DNA of 64,000 bases, from NCBI GenBank assembly GCA_002269645.1, contig NIVC01001338.1, forward strand, positions 1-64,000, given 5' to 3'. The notes beneath the pieces are model-generated. The model worked only from the letters and a program-made list of their open reading frames with translations, did not search any database and had not been told where the DNA came from. This DNA comes from Macrostomum lignano. Its lineage: Eukaryota. Both the position numbers and the translations under genes were made by a program. Positions 10,801 through 23,176 of the stretch are shown in pieces (the first letter of the stretch is position 1; each line of letters opens with the position of its first letter).

Positions 10801-12709
10801 GAGTTTATTGAATTGAAGTCAGGCTGAGGCTCAAGCTAAAGGCAGATATTAATATTCGAGTTGAGTTATAGTAATGGAGTCTGATTACTGAGAGATTACC
10901 TTTTGCATAGCCCGCCAGTTTAACTGCCTACACAGCTGATTAATTAATTGTCTACCCTAAACTCGAACTCTCTCTTGAGCTTGATCTTGACAAGCGTGAA
11001 ACTGAGCAGTTTTTTTATGTTTTTGTAGTCTCCCAAATTATATTATTCTTTAAACATATTATAGTCATGACTAATGTTAAATGCGAACCTGCATGTCAGT
11101 TCCTACACCCCGTCAGTATAAATGATTTAATAAAGCTTGTAGATGTGGTTTCATTTTCCACAACTTCCTTTGTTTGAACTATAATTTTATGTCTATACAC
11201 TTTTTTATATAAGCATATATTTCTCGTTGTTATCCTTTAAGTTGTTGCGTTGCTTCCTTGTGCATCATCACATCTGCGCGACCGTATTCCTGCTATATAT
11301 TGTTGAATTTTTCTAGCAAACCTCTTGCAATGCTTGTTTTATTATTAGTAGTAGTTTTTGTTTTGGCATACCTGCTCTCAGATTGTGTCTGTCTGTGCTT
11401 TTTGTTTACTAAATATTCTTATCCATCTGTCTTAGCCCGAACCCGTTTCAACTGCTCTGTTTAGCATACTCAGGTTTGCCTGTAGGAGGAATCTGTGTGT
11501 TTTATTTGTTATAACAATTGCATGCCGCTTGTTTGTTTGTTTGTTTGTTTGTTTGTCTCTCTGTTCCATTTTGGCAGCTCAGTATGCAACTGTGTTTGTT
11601 CACCTATGCGGGAGATATCTCAATTAATTTTTTATCCTAATTATTCTCTATAATTATTATTGTTATTATTATTAATAGTAGCGCTCGCATTTTTGGTCCA
11701 AGTTTTTTAGAAACAAAAAACTATGCTTTTTTGCAATTGCAATTAGAGAAGACTTAACTATACAGTCAGTTTATAATAATTATAGGTTTATACTATATTA
11801 TGTGCAATATGGCTATGCATATGACTGCTACTATATGTAATGTAATTGATAATAGCATGTGTCCGTAAACTTGTTATTTGTTGTTTATTTTTTGTCTTCT
11901 TTATTCTAAAATTGATTCAAATTGATCGGTAAGCTTAAATAGTGTAGTGTAGTCTACCTCTAGCACCCCGCAGTGTAATGCTTTTCCTATTTCGGGGCAA
12001 TCTTATTAGTTTTATTTATTTACTGGTAAATGCTTTTGTAGAAATATGCAAATATTTTATTAACCGTGTTGCATTGATTGGCTTTATTGATTTTTTACTT
12101 AAAAACAGTCAGTAAATCCCCCCGCTAGGTCAGTAAATTCGATCCGTTAACTGCTTCGACCATACGGCAGTTTATCCTATACTGCTCATGCTCATTAAGC
12201 AATGTTGTTATCAGTTACACTGCAGAGTTTCAACATATTGATCATTGATGATAAAATTATGGAAAAACATTTTCCTATTATAGTATTTTTTAAAACTCGA
12301 AAGTTCTGATCTATCTGTGTGTGTGTGTGTGTTTTTGTTGGATAAAATAAACAAATAATGAAATCATTTTTTCTTGAATAAATCACCCAGTAGCATCCGT
12401 TAGTATTGATTGATTGATGGAGTTGGCACCTTCATCAGTTTCAGTTTTTGCACCTAATTAATTACTTTCTCGTTACTATAGCTTTTTACATGTTATGTAA
12501 GCATACTATTATATTATTACAAGTGTTAATCTCTCCCGCAGTTCATTTTAAATGGCATTCATTTTATTTAATATGCATATATATTATCTTTATATACATA
12601 CTAAAGTTATTAATATTAGACGCGTGTGTATAAAAATAGTAATGTACAACATATCTGTTGTATTATAACCAAAAGTTATATTTTGCCTCTTCGTTATTAC
12701 TTTATTCAT

Positions 12710-14290
12710 ATAGGGCAGATTAGCAATCCATTCTGTATCTTCATCAGTGATGTAGGCTAGATTAGCAACCCATTATTTTCTTTTATCAGTGATGTTGGCT
12801 AGATTAGCAATCCATTCTATTCCTTCATCAGTCATGTAGGATAGATTAGCTATCCATTCTATTCCTTTATCAGTGATGTTGGCTAGATTAGCAATCCATT
12901 CTATTCCTTCATCAGTCATGTAGGCTAGATTAGCTATCCATTCTATTCCTTCATCAGTAATGTTGGCTAGACTAGCAATCCATTCTATTCCTTCATCAGT
13001 GATGTAGGCTAGATTAGCAATCCATTCTATTCCTTCATCAGTCATGTAGGATAGATTAGCTATCCATTCTATTCCTTTATCAGTGATGTTGGCTAGATTA
13101 GCAATCCATTCTATTCCTTCATCAGTCATGTAGGCTAGATTAGCTATCCATTCTATTCCTTCATCAGTAATGTTGGCTAGACTAGCAATCCATTCTATTC
13201 CTTCATCAGTCATGTAGGCCAGATTAGCAATCCATTCTATTCCTTCAGTCATGTAGGCTAGATTAGCAATCCATTCTATTCCTTCAGTCATGTAGGCTAG
13301 ATTAGCAATCCATTCTATTCCTTCAGTCATGTAGGCTAGATTAGCAATCCATTCTATTCCTTCAGTCATGTAGGCTAGATTAGCAATCCATTCTATTCCT
13401 TCAGTCATGTAGGCTAGATTAGCAATCCATTCTATTCCTTCAGTCATGTAGGCTAGATTAGCAATCCATTCTATTCCTTCAGTCATGTTGGCTAGATTAG
13501 CAATCCATTCTATTCCTTCAGTCATGTAGGCTAGATTAGCTATCCATTCTATTCCTTCAGTCATGTAGGCTAGATTAGCAATCCATTCTATTCCTTCAGT
13601 CATGTAGGCTAGATTAGCAATCCATTCTATTCCTTCAGTCATGTTGGCTAGATTAGCAATCCATTCTATTCCTTCAGTCATGTAGGCTAGATTAGCTATC
13701 CATTCTATTCCTTCAGTCATGTAGGCTAGATTAGCAATCCATTCTATTCCTTCAGTCATGTAGGCTAGATTAGCAATCCATTCTATTCCTTCAGTCATGT
13801 TGGCTAGATTAGCAATCCATTCTATTCCTTCAGTCATGTAGGCTAGATTAGCTATCCATTCTATTCCTTCAGTCATGTAGGCTAGATTAGCAATCCATTC
13901 TATTCCTTCAGTCATGTAGGCTAGATTAGCAATCCATTCTATTCCTTCAGTCATGTAGGCTAGATTAGCAATCCATTCTATTCCTTCAGTCATGTAGGCT
14001 AGATTAGCTATCCATTCTATTCCTTCAGTCATGTAGGCTAGATTAGCAATCCATTCTATTCCTTCAGTCATGTAGGCTAGATTAGCAATCCATTCTATTC
14101 CTTCAGTCATGTAGGCTAGATTAGCAATCCATTCTATTCCTTCAGTCATGTAGGCTAGATTAGCAATCCATTCTATTCCTTCAGTCATGTAGGCTATATT
14201 AGCAATCCACTCTTTCTTCAGTCATGTAGGCTAGGTTAACAATTCTTTCAATTCTTTCATTGATGTTGGCTAATCTAGCAATCCATTCTC
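12710..14290. repeat. 39-bp (42-bp variant) minisatellite, ~38 copies
   Basis: Unit ttcagtcatgtaggctagattagcaatccattctattcc, with degenerate copies at both ends. Gives the 471-aa MTEGIEWIANLAY ORF on the minus strand. Confidence 0.96.
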
Positions 14291-14874
14291 TCCATTCTAC
14301 TAAATGTATTTGGAGTTAAAGCAAATCAGTATTAAAGCAATGTAAATGATCCTATTTTTTGTTTTTTTAATTCCAGAACAAAAAATGAATTTCTGATTCC
14401 GTGGCTTCAAATTCATTAACTTGTACTCATATTTGTCTCGGGTAAGCTCAACAAAGACATACCTGTATTTTATTTTCGATTGCGCAATTGTCCATTGTAT
14501 TCAATTTCATATTCAACTGTTACAAATGCTTTTAAGCTCAAGCAGTCATACAGTAGCAAATTAGCAGTCTATGAAGTAATGATCATAAATATGTATTGTT
14601 GCAGTTAATTAAGAAAGCTCTTCTTAAAGAAGGTGGAAGTGCGTTATTAAATAATCAAAGATGATTTATTTAGCATAAGCTCTAATAATCCAAGCTAATT
14701 AGCATAAATTAATAATATAGCAAATCTTGAGGCATCGAAGCGGCGGCATAGGATAAAGGTTTCGGTTTGCTTTGAAAACAAACAAAAAACGACAAAAAAA
14801 TTCGATTTCAAGGGCGCGCGTTAATTCTTAGTTAACAGAAAAGCTCCAGTTTTAAATAAAATACGCAGCCAAGC

Positions 14875-15543
14875 CTACTGCCAAGTGATTGGATTGATGC
14901 TCGTCTGGTGCTGATTCTGCGCCCGTTGCTGCTGCGGCGGCGGCGGGGCGCTTCTGCAGCGCTTTGGCCAGTTGCTAGGCACACTGCGCTGCTGTTGCAG
15001 CACGAGCTGCTGTTGCTGCTGGGACCCAGTCGGCATTACAAATGGCCTCTCATTGATTCTCAGCCGTTCTATGCTGACACTTTCGCTCAGCCACTCCGGA
15101 TGGATGATGAACTCGCCGCGTCGGCCGTGTCCCCTAGCCGAAGCGCCGGCCGAGAAGAATGCGCAATCGTAGCTGCGCGACATTGCCGCGGCTTGGGCTT
15201 CGCGTTGATCCCGACTAGACGACTGTTCAGTTGGATAGATTCTCGGATCGGTGATGTCGGAGTCTGCTGACACGGTGGCGTGACGGGTCCGACCGCTGCG
15301 GCTGGCTGTGATCGGTATGGAGCTGCTGAGCGTCGGCGTGTACGGGCTGAACCGTGGCCGGTTGAAAGAATGCGCCGAACTGGTCAGTTTGTTGCCATTG
15401 CTTGGCGGATGCGAGTTTAACGACCGGAGCAGCTTTCTGTCTGAAGCGTGACCATTGTTGGACTGCTGCTGTTGTGTCATTCTTCTTGGATGCTGCGGCG
15501 GATGCGAATTTTGCCTGCGATGTGTCCAGGGATTGTTTTGCAT
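14875..15543 (-). CDS. Uncharacterised 222-aa, largely disordered protein with a conserved-looking YDCAFF...RGEFIIHPEWLSE motif
   Basis: Strong G/C bias at third codon positions in this frame only. Q-tracts are typical of coding sequence here. Ends NPITWQ*. A short upstream exon (ATG 15636 to 15599, 41-nt GT-AG intron) is present but is one base out of phase. Confidence 0.72.
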   Translation of the reverse strand: MQNNPWTHRRQNSHPPQHPRRMTQQQQSNNGHASDRKLLRSLNSHPPSNGNKLTSSAHSFNRPRFSPYTPTLSSSIPITASRSGRTRHATVSADSDITDPRIYPTEQSSSRDQREAQAAAMSRSYDCAFFSAGASARGHGRRGEFIIHPEWLSESVSIERLRINERPFVMPTGSQQQQQLVLQQQRSVPSNWPKRCRSAPPPPQQQRAQNQHQTSINPITWQ

Positions 15544-17389
15544 GTATAAGCGGAGCTCTTTAATGAAAAATTATAAACCGACTTTGCAGTGTACTCACCC
15601 TGTGCTCACTGCGGCAGTTGCTGGTCTAGAAGCCATGGTTCTCCTTCTGTAGCTTGTCGTTAAATTCGCTTCTTTATCCGCCTTCTCGTCCTGCTGCTGT
15701 CTTTGTTGCTTCTCTGCGTATCCGCGATGATTGTGGAAGCTTCCAGCCGTGTCAGCAACGCCAATTTTACTGTCAAACTCCTGTTGCCGGTCTGCACTCG
15801 ATAGAAATATGAGAATTGAGAAATTCAGTATCGAATTTTGTGGTTGGGGTTGGACTGGTTGGGAGGGTTGGGGCGGTACGGCGGTGGATGAACAAGAGTT
15901 TGAGCTTGCTCTGGACTCTGCTCCCGTCTAGCTGTCCTGGGAGAGGACCGCTCCGGAGTCTGGGCCGTGAGGTGGTTGAGAAAGGAGATGTTACTCCCGG
16001 AGAGAGAGGACGCAGACCGGATGAACGAGCGGAGAAAAGGGAAAGGGATGAATAGGACGAGACTTGGAGCGGGGAGAAGCGCGGGCAGTTCAGTCCTCTC
16101 TTGCTCCCCCTTCCGACCTGTGTACATCAGACAGTTTCCCGCGTGTACAACATCGCCAGTCCGCGACCTTCCCAATCCCTCACAATGCTATCGTTTTGTT
16201 TCCTTTAGCTAGTGCTGCTAGTGCTTCAGATAGTGCTGCGTACATGCGACTGGGCTATGGCGGCAAATGGGGTAGAGGTTTGTCCTCTATTTCTCTGTCC
16301 GTGTTTATCGCGACTCCCCTTCTCTCTCTCTCTCTCACTTCCCAGCTCCCATTTCTATCCCCGCCCGCCTACTTGGGCTATCACTGTTTGCGTTCCCCTC
16401 ACTTCGGTCTAAATCGCCTTGGCATTGCGGCCCTGTCCAGGGATCCAGCCATAGGTCGTAGCTAGCTTCACAGACTTATAGAAGAGGTGAGGAAAATTCC
16501 TAGCCCTGATCCGTGTGACCCAGCTAGGCTCTTAGCTGTTGGGCGCAGAGGGGGCGGTTGGGGCAGACAGGGAAGGCGAACGGTGAGAGGGGTTGGGGGA
16601 AGGGGATTTCAAAGCTAGCAGGTCTCCCCTGTCCCCAGCTCTGCTGTCGTCTGTCGCCCCCTTCTCATTCTGCGACTGAGCGGACCAGACCAGGACTAGC
16701 TCCAGCCTCCTTGACGCTGGCCACTAACCCCTCATCTCTCTTTCTCTTTCCCCGCCTCTGCACTCGCGGTCTCCGCGTGGTCTCTGCTCAACTCTCTCAA
16801 CTCTCCTTGAACGGTTTTTTCTTCGTTTCACTCTTCATCTTTTTTCTCTCTCGCTCGCTCGCTTCGTTGCTGCCGCTAAGCTGGACTTCCCTCCTATCCT
16901 CTCCTTCCTCTCCTTTTCCTTCCTTCCGCTCTGGCTGATCTGTCTTGTCCCCCTCTCTCCCTGCTGCCTTCCTGGTCTGCTGCCGGGGTTTCTCCATCTT
17001 CTCCCGGCTTCTTTCCTAGCTGCCAGCTGATGAGGCTTAGGGGCAGCTTGGGGATGCTGTGAGGGAGAGTTTAGTTAGGATGGGCCGCACGACTTGGCTG
17101 AGTTGAATTGAGTCCGAAATTTTCAACTAAAGTCGGCTGGCTTCTTTTTCTGCTGTCTCTGCTCACTCTGGTGGACTGCTGGCTCGGGTCTTTTAGTTTT
17201 GGGGTTTAAGGGTTTTTTGTTGGCTATTGTTTGCTGGTGAGGAAAGAATATTTTTTTAAAATGACGATGCAAAGATTTTAGGGGAGTTTTGTGGCTGTTG
17301 TTTTGTAAAGGGCTGAGGCATTTTTTGCTACTGTTCTCATGAACTTCTTTTCTGCTCTCCAAATTTCTAAAAAATAGTAAACTTACTAC

Positions 17390-17690
17390 TTTCTGTCTGT
17401 CTGTCTTCCTGTCTGTCTGTCCTAGTGTCTGTCTGTCTTTCTGTCTGCCTGTCTTAGTGTCTGTCTGTTTGTCTGTCTGGTCTGTCTGTTTGTCTGGTCT
17501 GTCTGTCTGTCTGTCTGTGTGTCTGTCTGTCTGCCTGTCTTAGTGTCTGTCTGTTTGGCTGTCTGTCTGTCTGTTTGTCTGGTCTGTCTGTCTGTGTTTC
17601 TGTCTGTATGTCTGTCTGTATGTCTGTCTACCTGTCTTAGTGTCTGTTTGTCTGTCTGTCTGTCTTGGTGTCTGTCTGTCTGCCTGTTTT
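17390..17690. repeat. (GTCT)n microsatellite
   Basis: Directly visible. Confidence 0.96.
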
Positions 17691-17852
17691 TTATAACCAA
17701 AATTCTGTGTTAAAAGCTAGTCTAGAAGTTTTCTCACCACCTCCCTCTTATATTAAAATTCCAGTAGTTGCGGGACTTTTTTGTCTTGTATCATCTTTCC
17801 TATTTTATTTTCAATTTCTTAATCTACCTGTCATTTCAATTCCCCCAAAGTC

Positions 17853-20800
17853 TTAGCCAAGCCAGCTATCCTCATGCATCCCAGTCTCAGCTGTCTCACG
17901 CATTCTCGGCTGGAAGCACTCGCCAGTAACTGTCAGCTGCCACAGCTGGTTAGCGCTCTCGTTGGCCTGCTTTGCCAATTCGGCTGCCGATTCGGCCGCC
18001 GTCGCCTGCCGCTGCAGCCACAGCCGGCGCCGCCACTCCAGCAGGCCGCGCTCGCCAAGTCGCGGCGCTAGCAGAAAATATCCGGGCTGGTAGTTTACGG
18101 GGGGGGAGTTGGTTATTTTCCAATCTTAATATAGGCGGTGGCAGTTGAAAAATTACAATAAATAAAAAAAAAATTTTTTAATAAACAACAAAATAATAAA
18201 CAACGAATATTTTGTTGTTTTGTAAATTCTAAAAACAACCTATTTGAACAGGACTAATATTTGAAATATATTTTGTTCCTTCTACAGATTTTATTGTACT
18301 TTTTAGTTAGCTCACTAGGATTAAACGGATTATGAAAGTTTTATTTTTGGTTGCAATACTCCATCGCTACTACTATTGAAATTATGTATGACGTGTTTGC
18401 ACACAATTGTATTACTGAAACTTAAGGTTAAAGAGGGTGGGGAGTAGAGAAAGAGGGTGGGGAGGAGAGAAAGAGGGTGGGGAGGAGAGAAAGAGGGTGG
18501 GGAGGAGAGAAAGAGGGTGGGGAGGAGAGAAAGAGGGTGGGGAGGAGAGAAAGAGGGTGGGGAGGAGAGAAAGAGGGTGGGGAGGAGAGAAAGAGGGTGG
18601 GGAGGAGAGAAAGAGGGTGGGGAGGAGAGAAAGAGGGTGGGGAGGAGAGAAAGAGGGTGGGGAGGAGAGAAAGAGGGTGGGGAGGAGAGAAAGAGGGTGG
18701 GGAGGAGAGAAAGAGGGTGGGGAGGAGAGAAAGAGGGTGGGGAGGAGAGAAAGAGGATGGGGAGGAAAGAAAGAGGGTGGGGAGGAAAGAAAGAGGGTGG
18801 GGAGGAGAGAAAGAGGATGGGGAGGAAAGAAAGAGGGTGGGGAGGAAAGAAAGAGGGTGGGGAGGAAAGAAAGAGGGTGGGGAGGAGAGAAAGAGGGTGG
18901 GGAGGAGAGAAAGAGGGTGTGGAGGAGAGAAAGAGGGTGGGGAGGAGAGAAAGAGGATGGGGAGGAAAGAAAGAGGGTGGGGAGGAAAGAAAGAGGGTGG
19001 GGAGGAGAGAAGGAGGGTGGGGAGGAAAGAAAGAGGGTGGGGAGGAGAGAAAGAGGGTGGGGAGGAGAGAAAGAGGGTGGAAAGGAGAGTAGAGAGCTAT
19101 GCGATAGAATGATTTAAAACAAAACTAAGCATAGAAACACTACGGCTCGTACCTGTACTCTAGTTATTATTTAAAATTATTTGAGCAAAGTTACAAAGGA
19201 TGCTTCTATTTTAGCCCTTTAGTGGAAATATAATATAGTTCATAGGTCTGACTTTCTATCACCTTCAAATGCACAGTCATCCTTAAGAAACTTACCGCCG
19301 GTGCTACTGTATTGAGATCGCAGTTGCTGGGCAATAATATCGGCTCCAATACCTGTCTCGCTAGACGAGCTGTTGCAACTCTTGGCTTTCTGGTATCTTC
19401 AAATGGCTGCAGCCTTTGTCCGTTTGCAGTAGTATTAGTAGCCGACATTTGGTCACTTTGCCCATTAGTTGTTGTTGTTCGTCTTTGTTGACTTTTCCGA
19501 CGAGGACGTCTGCGTGGTTTTCTTTGTTGCCTTCGACTATCGCCGCTGTCTCTACTGACGCTGCCTTCATTTTTATCGTTAAATTCCTCACTGTCACTGC
19601 TATTCAGTTGTTCCAAGTAGTGTCTGGTTAATGTCCGTTCAAGAGTACTTTCCTCTGTAGTTAGAGTCTCTGCTGTAGTTTGGATCTCTGCTGACTCCGA
19701 TACAGTGGGAATTCGCACTACTAACTGGCTGTTGCCATGGTAACTATCTGTTGATGATGTCATTGCGCGGCTGTAAAGCGTTGTCATTTAGGAGTGATTT
19801 GCCAGCCGAAATGATTTGCAAAAGTTCGCAAACCTACCAAAAGCCAGGGAACTAAAGACCGACAGAAGCACTAATCTACTATAAAAACGAGTGAACTGCC
19901 AAGAGACGCACTTAACCTACCAAAATAACAACTGACCTACCGAACGAAGCACTTAGCCTACCAAAATAACCGCTGAGCTACCAAACGAAGCACTTAACCT
20001 ACCAAAATAACCACTCACCTACCGAACGAAGCACTTAGCCTACCAAAATAACCACTCACCTACCGAACGAAGCACTTAGCCTACCAAAATAACCACTCAC
20101 CTACCGAACGAAGCACTTAGCCTACCAAAATAACCGCTGAGCTACCAAACGAAGCACTTAACCTACCAAAATAACCACTGAGCTACCAAACGGAGCACTT
20201 AACCTACCAAAATAACCACTCACCTACCGAACGAAGCACTTAGCCTACCAAAATAACCGCTGAGCTACCAAACGGAGCACTTAACCTACCAAAATAACCA
20301 CTGAGCTACCAAACGGAGCACTTAACCTACCAAAATAACCACTAAGCTACCGAACGAAGCACTTAACCTATCACAATAACAACTGAGCTACCAAAAGAAG
20401 CTCTTAACCTACCAAAATAACCACTAAGCTACCGAACGAAGCACTTAACCTATCACAATAACAACTGAGCTACCAAAAGAAGCTCTTAACCTACCAAAAT
20501 AACCACTCACCTACCGAACGAAGCTCTTAACCTACCAAAATAACCGCTGAGCTACCAAACGGAGCACTTAACCTACCAAAATAACCACTAAGCTACCGAA
20601 CGAAGCACTTAACCTATCACAATAACAACTGAGCTACCAAAAGAAGCTCTTAACCTACCAAAATAACCACTCACCTACCGAACGAAGCTCTTAACCTACC
20701 AAAATAACCGCTGAGCTACCAAACGAAGCACTAAGATAACCTAGAGAAATACTAACCTACCAAAAAGACTGAACTACTGAACGAAACACTGATACAAACA

Positions 20801-21397
20801 AGTAACCCAGTGCAGTCAAAAATGGTTTAAACCGAACAAATTGTACAACTTACAAGGCAGAAAGCACTTACTTCGCGAACTATAGGAGTCGATTCACACT
20901 CTTCCAAGTCAAGCCAACTGTCTATTTAGTTTGCTTAGCAGTCGGGGTTATTGGCGTCTAGTATTTATATTATAATAAAAAACGGACAAGTGTGTGCTCA
21001 GTGAAAACTGCGCTGCAGGCTAGAGTGGATGAATAATATACCCTTGGATCTGAGATGAAGTACCCAGTTTCGCTTCTGCTGCGCCAGCTCTGGGATGGTT
21101 TCTTTATTTTCTATAACAGACAGTACAAGCACGCGCTGAGTCTGCTTGTAGTTTGTGCTTTGTAGCCTAAAACTTCTCTACCTCATTTACTTGGCTGCTG
21201 AAATTTAAACTTAGAAAAAAGATGAGAGTGCTCTGCAAGAAATTACAGTTAGAATAGGCTAGGCTTGCCTGGACTTGAACGGTGCTTCTCTCATGAACTC
21301 TCTAACACCCAGTTGCCACTTCTGACGCCAGTGAATTAGATGTGCTTATAGTCTGCTTCCTTCCATATTTCCGTTGTAACGGCCACAAATAGGCTTT
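17853..21397 (-). CDS. Uncharacterised multi-exon protein; 3' part intact, 5' part frameshifted or decayed
   Basis: Exons 21397-21269, 21166-21042, 19833-19296, 18086-17853. Junctions are phase-compatible: tccag|gcaagc (GC donor) ... ttttag|g, aagg|gtatat ... ttttggtag|gt, gcg|gtaagt ... taccag|ccc. Joined reading includes HWRQKWQLGVREFMREAPFKSRLQSTNYKQTQRVLVLSVIENKETIPELAQQKRNWVLHLRSKGLRTFANHFGWQITPK and NTVAPA|PGYFLLAPRLGERGLLEWRRRLWLQ...SWLG*. From ATG 19787 an intact 241-aa product is possible. Confidence 0.62.
18432..19085. repeat. 20-bp purine-rich minisatellite (GGGGAGGAGAGAAAGAGGGT)n, intronic
   Basis: Directly visible. All three + frames are open because the unit contains no stop. 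Confidence 0.97.
19905..20745. repeat. ~41-bp intronic minisatellite (cctaccaaaataaccactgagctaccaaacggagcacttaa-type)
   Basis: About 20 variant copies. Confidence 0.93.
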
Positions 21398-22448
21398 CTG
21401 ACAATTAATTTAGCTGTGTATTAGTCAAATGTAGCTAAAATACAATTATTAAACGGAATGGAGTGGGTTTATAGCCTATAGATCTAATTATATTTCTAAA
21501 AATTTTCAAGAATTCTAGCATTAATTTGGAAACGCTGCCAATAATGGTGTGGCTTCTTGCAAGCCATTTGATACAACGAGCAGGCAGTTTAATGATCAGT
21601 GGGAAATCCCAGCGCTAAAAGATCGATTTCTCAGTACTCTATGGTCCAAACTATGGGCTTTGGAGCAACCAATTTTATAATCCGAGCACTCATTTTCAGT
21701 GTCACTGGTGTCGCATTTAAACACTGTATTAGGGGAGACAATGCAATAAAGCACAAACAGTTTGAGAAAGAAAACAGAGCAAAAACTTAGCAAATCGAAT
21801 CGAAAACTATTAGGACAGAAAATTAGCGAAAGCAGATCTCAAATGTTGCTTATCTTGTCGTAGGAGCCACGTGCTGCTTGATCTTGTTCTTCTAGGGCAC
21901 TTTATCTGCGAAGCTCACCTCATCTTTCTTCAAAGTCTTTTTCTATCTGTTAGCCCTGGGTTTGCCCACTGATTATTATAATACTTGCTCGTAGTATCAA
22001 AAGGCTTGCAAAACGCTTTATTTAACCAATCTTTCTACTTTGATTTATGGTGAAAAACACCGTCTATGGTCTGTGGCACAAGCACAGACAGCATTGAATG
22101 TAAGACACAGAACAATTAAATTCAGGCAAGCCATCCCCGCCGTGCAAATGGAGCTAAATGAGTCCACCAGAATAAATTAATCTATAGAATTGGTATTCCA
22201 TGATGCTGCAGAGAATCGCGGAGTCACGCGTGGATGTCATCACGGTTGTCTGATTTTGCTCATGCACTGCGCTTCCTGCCCCGTGAAAAAATCTGATTGA
22301 GCACACTGTGGTCTGACAGTTTAGCTGCAGTTGCAGACTTGTTCGCTATGTACATCACTAAAATAAACCTTTCTTTGTCTAAAGTCTTAATATCCAACTA
22401 CTCAATATTTTGAAGACAATGCTTTCCGCATGCACGGTTTTCTATATA

Positions 22449-22905
22449 GATTATCCTCAAACCATAGGTTGAATATGGTTGGCAGTGTCTTAAAAGGAAT
22501 TCTCGACTTCATAAATAAAATAAAGATTATCCTCAAACCATAGATTAACTATGGTTGGCCGTGTCTTAAAAGGAATTCTCGACATCATAAATAAAAAAAA
22601 GATTATCCTCAAACCATAGATTAAATATGGTTGGCCGTGTCTTAAAAGGAATTCTCGACTTCATAAATAAAAAAAGATTATCCTCAAACCATAGATTAAC
22701 TATGGTTGGCCGTGTCTTAAAAGGAATTCTCGACTTCATAAATAAAAAAAAGATTATCCTCAAACCATAGATTAAATATGGTTGGCCGTGTCTTAAAAGG
22801 AATTCTCGACTTCATAAATAAAAAAAAGATTATCCTCAAACCATAGATTAAATATGGTTGGCCGTGTCTTAAAAGGAATTCTCGACTTCATAAATAAAAT
22901 AAAGA
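22449..22905. repeat. 76-bp tandem repeat, 6 copies
   Basis: GATTATCCTCAAACCATAG recurs at 22449, 22525, 22601, 22676, 22752, 22828. Confidence 0.95.
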
Positions 22906-23176
22906 TGCAGTTGTTTCGTCATAACTAATAAGAGCAAAGCAATTCTTGTGCTAGAAGCCGTGCCTTGAAATCGCATAAGCCATTCACATAAAAATAAAAT
23001 AGATAGTTTTAAACAAATTGCGAGAGATTCCGCGTGCTTCCATGTGTAAACTTGAAGCCATGTCTTGTTTAGAAGGTGTAAAATTTCAGTATTTGATAAT
23101 TCGATTGTGTTCTTAGCTTTAACTGTATTTAATAATTGGAATTCTTTCTTCCGGCAGGTTGTGGTGTTTAGCAGGC

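Noticed and set aside
18437-19117. Three overlapping G/E/R-rich ORFs
   Set aside because: Purine-only repeat with no stops, located in an intron on the opposite strand.
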